From assembly GCA_010405405.1 (NCBI GenBank), contig MU004232.1:577481-641480 (forward strand): a stretch of 64,000 nt of DNA, in the 5' to 3' direction. The position numbers were made by a program, and so were the translations under genes. This DNA comes from Microthyrium microscopicum. Lineage: Eukaryota. The notes under the pieces were generated by a model that was not told the origin of the DNA, did not search any database, and was given only the letters and a program-made list of their open reading frames with translations. Below, piece after piece: positions 1 through 11,993 of the stretch; the stretch's first letter is position 1; the number at the start of each line of letters is the position of its first letter.

Positions 1-583
1 TTAGTATAGTCTTTTATTAAGATTACTATAATACTAGCAATATTATACTAAGGAATAAGATTTAAATCTTCTTCTTCTTTTAATACGTTAAAATCTTCTT
101 TATATAATATAGAGAATTAGTTTTTTTCTTACTATATTAAAGTTATAAATATATAGAAAGAAATAATATAGATATTAGAAGTATTCTTATCTTTCTTTTC
201 TATAACTACTTAGCCTTTATAATTAACTATAATAGAGTAGTATAAAGCTATATAGCCTTAGAAATAGTACTTAGAGTAGAAGCCTAATATTTACTAGCTT
301 TCTTAGAGTATAACTTTATACTTATTAACTTAAGGGTCTCTAAGGATAATATTATAGTTAGTAATTTTTATAATAAAGTATAAGACTTATTTAAGATAAA
401 TACTAATATATAAGGTAATAAATACTATATAAGTTATAGTAGTAATAATATAACTATTAGCTATCTTAGCTTAATATAGTCTTAATATTTTAATAGATTT
501 AAGACTATAAAGTTAGAGGTAATAAGAGTTAATAATACTAAATATACTACTACCTATATTAATAAAGATTTTTACTTTAGTAT

Positions 584-795
584 TATAAGGATCCTAGAGA
601 TACGGGAGCCGTAGTAGATTAAGATAGTATATTGAATGCAAAGCTAGGGAAGAGAGATCTAGAGCTACGGAAGCAAGCTGAAGTAGTAGATAGGATCCGC
701 GCACGGACCACCCGCACGTGACTATGACGTCACCGTGCAGGGGTAGCCCCTCCAGGGCAAGACCGCTGTCAAGCCTATGAAGAGGAATCATCACA
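584..795 (-). repeat. 3' LTR of the TRIM-like element
   Basis: Direct repeat of 4074-4285 with about 9 differences, all transitions. Adjacent to the PPT. Confidence 0.92.
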
Positions 796-1018
796 CGAGC
801 CCCCCTTTAAAATCAGTGCTCCTAAACTGAAACCTGCTCCTGCTTGCAAGAAGATCCTTTGAAAATTGACTGTGGAGTGGAAAACCTGCGGGAACCATGA
901 AGACAGGTAAAAAACCACTCTTTTGTTGTTATTGTGAAGCCATCGAGACGTACCGTGGATTGCCGTGTTTTGCCGGAGATCTTCCGCTTGGACCAAAAAT
1001 TGAATTTTGGGAATCTGC

Positions 1019-3692
1019 TAGTGATGCGGATTAAGGCACTTAATCCGTATGCCCTAATCCATAGTGTGCCCCGTTATAATACAGGTGTACTAGATCCGTA
1101 TAGATTAATGCATTTAATTAGTATAATAAGAGGACACGTAACGGATTTAGCATCTTTAGGACTTTATTAGGGTTAGTACAAGATTAGTCCTAATTAATCT
1201 CTCTCCTATTATACTATAATAACTTTATAAAGATTAGTCTTAACATTACTAAATAATTTTAATAGTATTTAGGTCCTAAAATAAAAATTTTTTAACGTCT
1301 ATATATTTATCTCATTATGCTCTATATAATAATACTAATCTTTTAGTAATTTAAAGCATATTTACATTATTAATCTACTTCTAAGAACACTACAATCTTT
1401 AATTAATTTCTTTACTATTATTTACTATATTACGCCGTAGAAGGCTAAATCAAACTCTATAAGAACGAGTAGATCTTCTATAATACTAGATATTACTCCT
1501 AAATACTAATATTACTACAACACCTTAATATTCCTATTACTATTACTAATATTAGCTAAATTGAAATTTTAATCGTTTTAAGAAATATACTCGTAAAGAG
1601 GGCTATCTTACAACTTCCTTATAAGCTCTACCCGCTAAGATTTAAGCTCCTATAGTAGTTTTACGTGCTTAAAAGCAAATACAATAAGACAAACGCTATA
1701 TAAAGAGGATTATTTAAGAAGCGCTTCCTTTGAATTCCTATAATAAAATATGTTATCTTACTACCTACGCGCATAAAGTTAAAAGCGCTTAATTAGTAGA
1801 TATTCCTACTTATTTACTACTATTAAGGCATTAAGTATTAGATCTTATTAAAGACATCTATAACAAGGATCTTATAAAGCTAAAAGCTATACTTAAATAC
1901 TAACTTTTCTTAAACTTCTTATTAGATAAAAGCGTAAATTAAGTAAGTTAATAGATAGCTAATTTCTATATTATAGTACTAGCACTTAGTTCTTTCTATC
2001 TTAAAGTCATTAATTTAGGTAGAGAACACGCTACAGCTATAGCGTTAACAATATATCTATTACACGCCCTAGAGAAGTAGACTAAAGAAGATTTTACGCG
2101 CGTTAATTTAATTAGCTCCAACACGTATAATACTATGCGTGCCGTTATAGATATGCTTTTAAAACACCCTTAAGAAGCCTTTAAGAAGTGTTCTTTTATA
2201 CTCTACGATTTTTATAGTCTTTAGCTTCTTATAAAAGATATTTTAAAAAGAATTCCTACTCTAGAAGCTATTTTAGCAAAGATTACTAAGCTTGTAGTCT
2301 AGTTTAGGACGAGGAAGCTATATTTTAGATAACTTTATAAGTTTTAACGTTAGAAGCTTATAGGTAGAACTTACGGTATTAGATTATTAGTAATTACTTG
2401 CTAGGGGTCCTAATTTAGTATTATTTAATTACTTTTACGTAGTAAGGCTATATTTAAAGCTTTTGCCTATTATATAAACGTACTAGGCAATACTACAGCG
2501 GCACAGGCTAAAAATAGACCAATTTTTAAGCTTATAAAGAGCTTATAGTTTTAGTACAATATAAGGTTCCTTTAACGGATTTGTAAGCCTCTTTACATTA
2601 CGTAAAAGAGCTTAGAGGGCTTAAAACACTATTTAGGCAAAGTAATTTAAAGGTAGAAGGCTATTAAAGCTAGCTAGTTAACACTTACTATAGAATATCC
2701 TAAAGTTACTAGAATTTATAGTATTTAATAAGAACTACTTTAATTTCTAGAGAAACGACTATAGGAGTAAATTACTAATAATAACTAACTAGCTAACGCA
2801 TTAAATCCCTCTACTATAAATCTTTTAAAACCTTTAGATATAAGTGCTTATTTAGCTTATCTTTAAGCTTTTGAAAGACGTTTTAAAGCTTATAATTCTA
2901 CGCTAAAAGATAATCAAGATAAAGCTTAAAAAGAGGCTAAAGAAGTTACTTTTGCATTCAGAGCTTTTAGGAATAAATAGGGTACTTTTATAATATCTAG
3001 TAATTAGGCTAAAGCATAGAATTACTAACAACTACTACATTTCTAAGAATGTCTTCAAATAGCTAGTCTAAAGTTATCTAGTATTACTATTAGGCTATTT
3101 AATACTATAGCTAACTCTATGCTCTCTAAAAGATCATTTTTAGTGATTAATTAGGTCTAAAATTCTTATTAAATATAATTAACTATAGATTGCGTAAATA
3201 TGTTAGTTTTTAGCTATATAAACAGCAAAAAGCTTAATTAGATAACAATATAACCTAGTACTTATTATATAGGTGGCGACCTATTTACACTAGTCTATTA
3301 GTATATATTTACTACTAATAAAGAAGACGCTCTTAATAAGCTATTTTATAAGCGCTAAAGATTAAATTCAATTAAGATAGAGGGTAGTAATAAAGATTAG
3401 CTAAATATATCTAATATTAAAGTTAAAGTCCGCGCTAGGGAAGAATTAACTTAGTAGGTATTAGCTAATATTATAAATTATATTTAAGAGTTGTAGCAAA
3501 TAATACTAGATTCTAATATAGGTCTTAACCTTTAAAACAATACTAAAAACATTATATTTAGTTAAGTAATTACAAAGTTATAAATTCTTCAAGATATTAA
3601 TGTTTTTAGTGAGCAGGATTCTAGCCCTCTGATTGGATAATTAGGTCTTAGCGGATTAACGGTATGCCCTCTAATCTAGAGCAGCATTACTA
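1019..3692 (+). mobile_element. hAT-superfamily DNA transposon with RIP-inactivated transposase
   Basis: 8-bp TSD GAATCTGC (1011-1018, 3693-3700); 9-bp TIRs TAGTGATGC / GCATTACTA (one RIP-type mismatch). De-RIPped + strand gives hAT motifs SDTCNTMRA (~2115-2143), CDSHGLQLLIKDIL (~2203-2245), ITRWGS (~2392) and ANSVPSERSF of the dimerisation domain (~3110-3140). Confidence 0.92.
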
Positions 3693-4073
3693 GAATCTGC
3701 TAACGTTCCCATCCCTTCTACTCCCATTATTTCGGTAGGATCCTGCCAACTACTAGTTCTTCTCGTCTCCTAAGGGACCACCCAAAAATCCTCTTAGGGA
3801 CCGTTTGTAGCGTCAGTACTCTAAGGAATAAACGTATATTAGGGAGTTTGGAATGTAGAGGAGTCGTTTTTGAATATTGGTGGGGCATGCGTCGACGCAG
3901 AGGCTATTTGGTAGTCCGAGCGTCCGCGGACACGTCATTGAATTTACGCGTTGAATTTCCGCGCTTTTTGGAATAGCTGCGCGCTCGCTTCGCGCGCTGA
4001 AGAGCCTATTCAAACCGATAGCTAGTTCCCGCGGGGTAAGCGCGGGAGTTGAAGTTTGAAGAGCTTTGCATTA

Positions 4074-4285
4074 TGTGAGGATCCTAGAGATACGGGAGCC
4101 GTAGTAGATTAAGATAGTATATTGAATGCAAAGCTAGAGAAGAGAGATCTAGAGCTACGGAAGCGAGCTGAAGTAGTAGATAGGATCCGCGCACGGACCA
4201 CCCGCACGTGACTATGACGTCACCGTGCAGGGGTAGCCCCTCCAGGGCAAGACTGCTGTCAAGCCTGTAAAGAGGAATTATTACA
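4074..4285 (-). repeat. 5' LTR of the TRIM-like element
   Basis: Direct repeat of 584-795. Followed on the minus strand by a PBS-like 11-mer at 4062-4072. Confidence 0.92.
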
Positions 4286-7170
4286 AGTATAGAAGCTATC
4301 TAAGAGAAAGATACTTCTTATAGTACTCTACTATTATTTTACTTTTAGAATAGTATTAGTTTCTAGTAATTAATTAATTAGTAAATAGGTAGTAAACACG
4401 CAAACTACTATTATACTATAATAAGGTTCTTCCTTAGATTTAGATTTACTTAAGTAAGCTTAAATAGCTTCTATCTAGTATTTCTTTTATTTATTTTATA
4501 CCTTATTAGAGTTTAGCTTATCTACGTATTAATATAGAGAAGCTACGCATTTCCTTAATATTAGCTATAAGTTAAAGGTATATTATTATTATCTTTTATA
4601 CTTAGAGTATAGTATAACTAAGAAGTATAAATTAAAGCTAATTTAGCTTAGATATTATTATTAAATATAGTATCTTTACCTTAGTAGAATATAGTTTTAG
4701 CTTATAGATTATAGCCTTTATTACTATATTATAGGTAGCGTTTTTCTTTCTTAAGGTATAAGAATAGAGTATTACTATAATATAGAATTATCTTTTAAGT
4801 ATTTTTATTTTTATTTTTATTTTTATTCTTATCCTTATTATTAAACTTCTTATAATTTAAGAAGTAATTAACTTATTATAGTTTCGTTATAAATTTAGCG
4901 TTTATAGTTACTTTACTAGTATAGAAATAGCTTATTAGCTCTTTAGTAATTATATTATATATATAAGTTAGTTTATTAGTATTAGATAAGTAAGCTTTAT
5001 TAGTTTTACTAGTAAACTTAACTAGGTAAGAGCTTAAGTTATTAGTCTTCTTTATCTTATTAAATAGATTCTATAACTAAAGGAGAGTAGCTTTACGCTT
5101 ATTAGTACTTTTAAAATAGTAATTAAGGTCGTTCTAAAACTCTACTATAGAAGTATATAGGTTAGGTATATTATATTAAGCGTAATTAATAATAAAGCTA
5201 ATAGTAAGGTCTTTATATTTACTATAAACCTAAATAGCTTAAGATAGCTTAGTAAGAAAAGTATATACTTTATAGTAAAGGTAGTCTTTAACTTTAAGCT
5301 TCTATTAAGGATATAAGTCTTACTTTTTACTATTATAAGTACTAAGATTTTACTACTCTTATATAGAGTTAGTCTTAGAGCTTACTAATACTTTTAAGAT
5401 AAGTATAGCACTCTTAGTATTAAGATAAAGATTTAAGTATAAATAGCTCTAAGAGGATAGTATAGTGTCTTCTTTATTAAAGTCTATTTAGTATACTAGT
5501 TTTTTAGTCTTATAGGTTAAGTTACTTAGTTAATCTTTAAGATCTTAGATTTTTCCTTTTAGAAGTATAATCTAATTACGCTTTTTAGTATAGAAGTTAT
5601 ATAGATACTTAATAATATCTATAACTCTAATTACTTTATAGTAATTAATTATATTTTATTCCTTAAGGTATAGTTATTACTTAATTAACTAATAAGCTTT
5701 ACTTATAATTTAAGTAGCTTTACTTTCTAAAGTATAGATATATTACTATAGAAGAGAATTTTGTATTATAGCGTTATTATATATAGTAGAGAGGTCTAAT
5801 ATACTATCTTTATTATATTAGTATTCTTTTAATAAATTTACTAAGTTAATATATATAGCTTTAAAAGTAATGCTTATAGCTTAGGTAGATTTAATGTAGT
5901 TATAGAATTATTTAAACTAAGTATTAGTATAAAAGCTAATACTATAAATAAAGCTTATTCTATCCTTAATAACTTCTAGCTCTATTTTGCCTTAAATATA
6001 GTAGAGTATAATAAGGTTAATAAGTATAGATCTAATCTTTCCTTCTAGGTTTAGAGACTCTTATACTTAGAATACTACTTAGTCTTATATAAGGTACGTA
6101 AAGATAATATAGGTTTAATCTTATAGAGTAATACTAATATATATTATAAAGTACTATAGATATTAACCTTTAAGAGTAATCTAATTAATTTAATCTTAGT
6201 CTAGTAGATATAGTTATACGTTATAATATACTACTTTCTTACCTTTATTCTTTTTAAATATATTCTAAGCGTTACCTTTAGGTTATTTAATAATATTTAA
6301 TAGGATTAGGGCTTAGGCTAGAGAAGGATAGTAAAAGTAGATAAAGGAATAGCGCTAGCTATAGCTATAAAGTAGTATAGGTATATTATTATTACTATTA
6401 AGGTTATTAATATTTAACTACTATATAGTAGACTAAGTCTCTTAGAGCTATTAAATTTTAGATTATAAGCACGTCTCTAACTAAAGACTACTAATTAGTT
6501 TGCTAGATATAGTCTATAAAATTAATATTATATAATAATAAGTAAGTAACACTAGTACGTAAGGTTTAGCTAAGGTCTTCTAAATAATTTACTTTATTAG
6601 AGTAGTAAGTTTAGAATAGAGTTTAAGCGTTTTATTTAAAAGTAATTCTTAATTTAGGTTTATTACTATTAATTTAAGTATATAGAAAGAGATATAGGTA
6701 TAGGACGAAGCTATTACTATAAGTCTAGTAGATATAGAGTAGAAGATGCTAAAATCTTCTTCTTAATTACTAATTAGTCTATACTAGTAGAGTTATTTAG
6801 TCCTTATACGTAAATCTTTACGCTAGTAGGGTTATTATTCTTATAGGTCTAAAGACCTATTTTTATATAGAATAGTAGATTTTAGACGCACAAATTATTA
6901 AATCTTATAATATTAGTAAGCACGTTTTAAAAAAAGGTTTTAAATATTAGAGTAATCTTAGTTTTATATTAGAGAGCTATAGATATAAGGAGTATAATCT
7001 AGATATAGATATAATTTAAGAAAACTAAGATAGAAAATCTAGAAGAGGGATTAGGGCTAATAGGAGATAAGCTCTATACTAGCTAAACCTTAGGCGCTAA
7101 GCCCTTAGTATTACGTAATAAGGATACTAGAGATCTTATAAAGAGATCTTAATAGAGAGGATCCGTAACA

Positions 7171-10100
7171 CTCTAAACCTAGTCTATTATAAGAGATAAA
7201 TATAACTAAAGGATTCTTATAGAATACTAATATATTTAGGCTAATTATAATGCTTAGTAGTTTTATATACCTTAGTACTAGCTTATAATATTTAAGATTA
7301 GAATAAAGATAGTAAAAGGCTACTTCTAGATAAAAGATTATTCTATATATAAATATAGGTAAGGTACCTATAAAAAAGAAAAGAAAAATTAACCTTTTAT
7401 TATCTTTTTTATAACTTTTCTTAATTATATTTATTTAAAGAAACTATTTATAAGAAATTACTTTTATTTATTATTAATTTAAGTAAACTATTATAAGTAA
7501 TAATAATTAAAATTAAACTTTTAGATCTTCTTAGTAATTCCTAAGACTATTACTAAGGTTATTTAAATATAATAAGCTATTTCTAAATCTTTCTAGTAAT
7601 TCCTAGAACTATTACTAAAAGCTTTCTTATAAAATATTTAATAGTAAGAAATAGGAAACCTAAATAACCTAAATTTCTAAGCTAACCTACTATTTTCTAG
7701 TTTTAAAATAATATAAGCCTAATACTACTTTTCTCTATTCCTTAGAAGATAATTAACTTTAAGAATCTAGTCCTATTTTTTTCTTTATATAAGTAAGCTA
7801 ATATACTTTTTCTTTATTAGAACTAAACGTAGTTAGTAAAGCTCCTAAATAACTTAAAAATAATATAGATAATAAGCTACTAGTAGAGCTATAAATAAAA
7901 GTAATAAGTAGTCTAATAACTACTTATATTAATTATATAGTACCTATACTTACTTTCTTTATTATAAATAAGTAATCTTATTTACTATTTAAGGTATAAT
8001 TTATATAAGCCTTATTAAATATAAAATTGCTCTTTATATCTTAAAAGACTATATAATTATACTAAGTAATAACTTCTTTATCTAAGAGCTTAAGTATATA
8101 GTAGTATTTATATTTATTATAATACTAGTTAAGTTAGTAACTCTAAATATAAGCTATAGCTACTTATAACTTATTACTATTAGATAATAAATTAGTTATT
8201 ACTATAGTAGCTAGCTTAGTCTAAGTAAGACTATACTTAACGTAATACTTAAGTAATACTAGGATTTCTTAAGAGATTTTAACTCTTTAATTCTAAAGAT
8301 TCTATAGAACTTAGATAAGCTTATTCTAAGTCTTCTTCTTATACGTTTATAGCTAGTAGTTTAAATAGATTAATTAACTACTTATTATAGTATAAGCTAT
8401 ATTATTAGGTAAATACTTATAAGTCTACTTATTAAGCTTCTTTAAGAGAGCTAAATAATAATCTAAACTAGGCTTTATCTTAATTTAAGGCTTAGATAAG
8501 GTCTTATATATATTATCTTACTTCTTTATAAGCTAATATAATAGTATCTTTATCTTTTCCTTACCTAAAGACTTAATATATTTTAGTTTATTCTTAGAAA
8601 TATTTAAGAAGCTAGTCTTACTAACTATATACTTATATATTTATAGAATACTATAAGTTTACTCTAGCTTAGGTATTATATAGTAATAATAGCCCTAACT
8701 ATATTCTTAGTTAATAACTTAGTATAAGGTTATTTTAAAGTATACTAAGTTATTTTAAATATACTAAAGTATATTTTTTACTACTTAAACTTAGGAATAT
8801 ATTATATTTTACTTTATATATACCTATATAGAATTAAGTAGTATAGTATTTAAGAAGTTATAGTCTAGACTAAAAGTATTAATAATATAAGTATTAAATA
8901 TTATAAATAGCTTAATCTTATTTTAATTTAGAAGACTTATTTCTTAAAGCTATTAAAGTATTACCTATATTAAAATATCTTCCTTAATAGAACTTATTTT
9001 TTATTTAGGTATTTCTTAAGTAGCTTATTTATAAGCTAACTTCTACTAATAAAAGAACTTACTCTTTAAGACTAAAGGATATTATCTAAACATAGGTAAT
9101 TATTTATAAGATTATTTTATTTTAGAATTAATATTATAGTAGCTTATAAAAGCTTACTAGTAAGCCTCCTTAGAAGAAGGATTTAAATAGCTAATACTCT
9201 ATTAATAACTAGATCTAACTAGAGAAAGTAAAAAGTAGTTATTATTATTCTTTATACTTAGGAATCTTAATATACTACTTTATTAGCTATAAGCTTTAGC
9301 TAGAAAAGATAAATATATAAATATATTTATAAATAATTATAGACGTTCTTTAAAATAAGGTTAAGTAACTAGACTTAGAAATTAAGTAGTAAAACTTAGA
9401 GCTTACTATAAAAATTTAGCTTAATTACGCTAAGCCTAAGAAACTTAAGAGTAAGTACTATACTTTCTAGATATTTTTAAAAATAATATAGTTAGCTTAG
9501 TATAAGGAGCTATCTTAAAAAGCTTTTATAATTAAGAGCTTAAGAAGAATTAAGGATTAAAGAAGAGGAATATATAGAGCTACTTATACTTAATAATATT
9601 AAAAGTATAAGAGAGAATCTACTTCTACTAGCTTAAAGTATTATAGAAGTATAATAAAAAAGAAGAAAAGAAGATAATAAATTATAAAGCTTTATAGATA
9701 TAGGATTAAGCTCTTATCTTATATTTATTTAGACTAGTAATTACTACCTAATTCTTTATTACTACCTATATATTACTTCTTATAAACTTTATTCTTTAAG
9801 GCCTTAGAGCATAGGTTATATATATCTCTTACTAGATTAAGTAGCCTTAATATATCTATATAAACTTCTTATAATTCCTTAATTTACTACTATTAATAGC
9901 CTCTATATAAATAAATCTTCTTAAAAAGATTAAGAACTATAAATACTTAAGTACTATTTATAATAGTTTAACTTAGATCTTAAGAAAAATCTTAGAAAGA
10001 TAATTCCTTAAAGATTACCTTATAGTATAACTAAAGTAATAGCTCTAGACCCTAAGTAAAAATTCTTTATTAATTATTATAATATTCTTTTTATTTTACT

Positions 10101-10260
10101 TATTTATTAAAGCTATAACTATAAGATTTATAATCTTAGAAAAGTTTACGTTAATAAGAAAGAATATTATAATAAAGAATATATTAAGGGATTAAATAAT
10201 CGTAGGACCTAATTAGGAATAATATAATTCCCTAATTAGCGTATCCTAAAAACTATATTA
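7171..10260. mobile_element. Heavily RIP-degraded repeat, possibly a Mutator-like DNA transposon
   Basis: Very AT-rich, TpA-saturated, sharp boundary with normal-GC sequence at ~10260. Faint de-RIPped LLC.WH-like (~8806-8830) and SWIM-like (~9245-9285) motifs on +. Hairpin-containing end at 10208-10246. Family assignment is weak. Confidence 0.5.
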
Positions 10261-11993
10261 GGCCCTTAGACTCCCATAGTAATTAACCACGCTTTATTTC
10301 TCATATTCTTACAACATTGTCTACATGTACCAACGCACGGATGTTGCTTCTCATCATCGCCTCCCAAGCCACCACCAATCAGAGTCCTCAGCCCCGCAGC
10401 GTACCTGACTACCAGTTGACTCCCCAGCTCTCTCTAACTTCATCTCCTCCATCCACCATTCAAGCATGTTTTGGGACTTGAGGCTGCCTACTAACACTTC
10501 CAAGTGAGCTCGAATATTGCCTCTGATCTCCCTCCATGCGAATTGAGCAATTAAAGCTTCAACGCAGCGCCACATGAGCCCCGGGTATAATATAGTCTCG
10601 GTCAGCGCTTACCATGTCCAATTTTCATTCTACCCTTGCGCAGCGGGATAAGATCTTGACTGGCTTCTGCACGAACTTAGGCTGAAGAGCTAGGAAAAGA
10701 AAGTGGAATGTCTCACTTGGGTAGTACCTTCCAACATATTCTCTCCATAGCAGGTGCATAAAAACATATCAATGGAGATTGCAATTCTACAAGCGACTTT
10801 CGATGCAATAGTGCTTCATGACCCAAAGTGCTGCACACGCAAATTACCGAAGAAGTAATCTTACTGGACTAAATAATCCCGTTTTGGCAAGTATCTACAT
10901 CATCCCAGGATGGACATGGCGATGTTACAGACGTCGTCCTCAACTCGGGAATCGTCAGTCACTGATGTATCGCTTTCTCTCTTGGTACATGCAACTTAGC
11001 AACTTCTCTTGCTTACATCGAGTATACTCAAACCCTTCAAAGGGGCAGTCTGATCATTAGCACCAATCTCAACTCCTTCCAACCCGTCCCTGTACACACC
11101 CTTATATGGCACATTTACATGCTGAAATTCTCTGAATATTTTTCAACTCCAGCTCAACTATTGATCTTTAGTCTCAAGGCGTCCATAAACTCCTCTGGCA
11201 ACTTCCCACTCTAGCAACATGTGCCTCTTCACACAGCAAAGTGGTGTTTGGCTGATCAAGTAACTCCAAGGCAAAGCTGCAGAGCGTGTGGGTATAAAGT
11301 CTCTCCACCACCACTCGAACACTATCTTTCTTACATCCACTTTCAAGACATTCTTGAGCAACCAAAAATCCATTTCACCAAGGTCTAGTATTCCCACAAG
11401 TCAACCCTCCAAAGACACACTCTTATCACAATTCTACGGAGCTTTAAAAGGCTTTTAGCCCCAAAAACAAGGTAGCAAGACTTCTCAAAGTCCGAAACAC
11501 CCAAGATCTAAATACCCAAATCACAGGTTGCCCCAGGCAGCCAAAAATTTCTCATTCTCCTCTCACACCCACCCTTAACATCGAAATATCACCAGCAGAT
11601 CCAGCAGCTTCATTCCAGTGTCCGTCTGGTCTCCTTCCGAGATTAGAAGCGGATACTGGCTTCATTGAGTCTTTGAGTAAGTCACGACTCACGAAATCAT
11701 CAACACTTATTTCCTCCAAAAGATCTGCAATTCACTCGAACTTTCCCACATCCACGATTCAAAAACATTCCCCCCACAAAAGCTTTCTCCAGAATCCACT
11801 CACACCACCAAGTACTATTTCCTCGAGCTCCTCAACCACTAAAATCGAACCAAAAGCTACCCTCCATCTCGCCAACCTTTATCTACGATACCTTCGCCCC
11901 AGAAACCACCCAAATCTCTACAAATCAAATCGAACTACCACCCTTATCATCGCCGACATTCCTTCAACAACTCCTCACCTCGAAATCAGAGTA

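Larger units (their letters stand above)
584..4285 (-). mobile_element. Non-autonomous miniature LTR retroelement (TRIM-like), ~1.0 kb once the nested hAT is removed
   Basis: Two 212-bp LTRs (584-795, 4074-4285) with TG...CA ends, 5-bp TSD AGTAT (579-583, 4286-4290), polypurine tract AAAGGGGGGCTCG on the minus strand at 796-808, ~600 bp internal region with no recognisable gag/pol. Confidence 0.9.
1..7170 (-). mobile_element. RIP-degraded Ty3/Gypsy LTR retrotransposon (gag and protease part; continues left of the window; interrupted by the 584-4285 insertion)
   Basis: Extreme TpA excess and CpA depletion. Reversing RIP on the minus strand gives an aspartic protease (FIDTGSS-like near 550-570, YDIILG.PW-like near 335-360) and zinc-knuckle-like remnants at ~4560-4740. 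A probable 5' LTR at ~6945-7170 begins TGTTACGGATCC on the minus strand. Confidence 0.7.

Noticed and set aside
594..1170. Short ORFs in the LTR/TRIM region (also 3813-4013)
   Set aside because: No gag or pol motifs; they cross element boundaries and are consistent with chance.
7171..10260. Starship captain (DUF3435) relic
   Set aside because: No tyrosine-recombinase motifs were recoverable; the faint motifs fit a Mutator-like transposase better.
11673..11993. N-terminal extension of the SNF2 ORF in the ORF track
   Set aside because: It starts at TTG in pyrimidine-rich 5' UTR-like sequence; ATG 11994 is the more plausible start.
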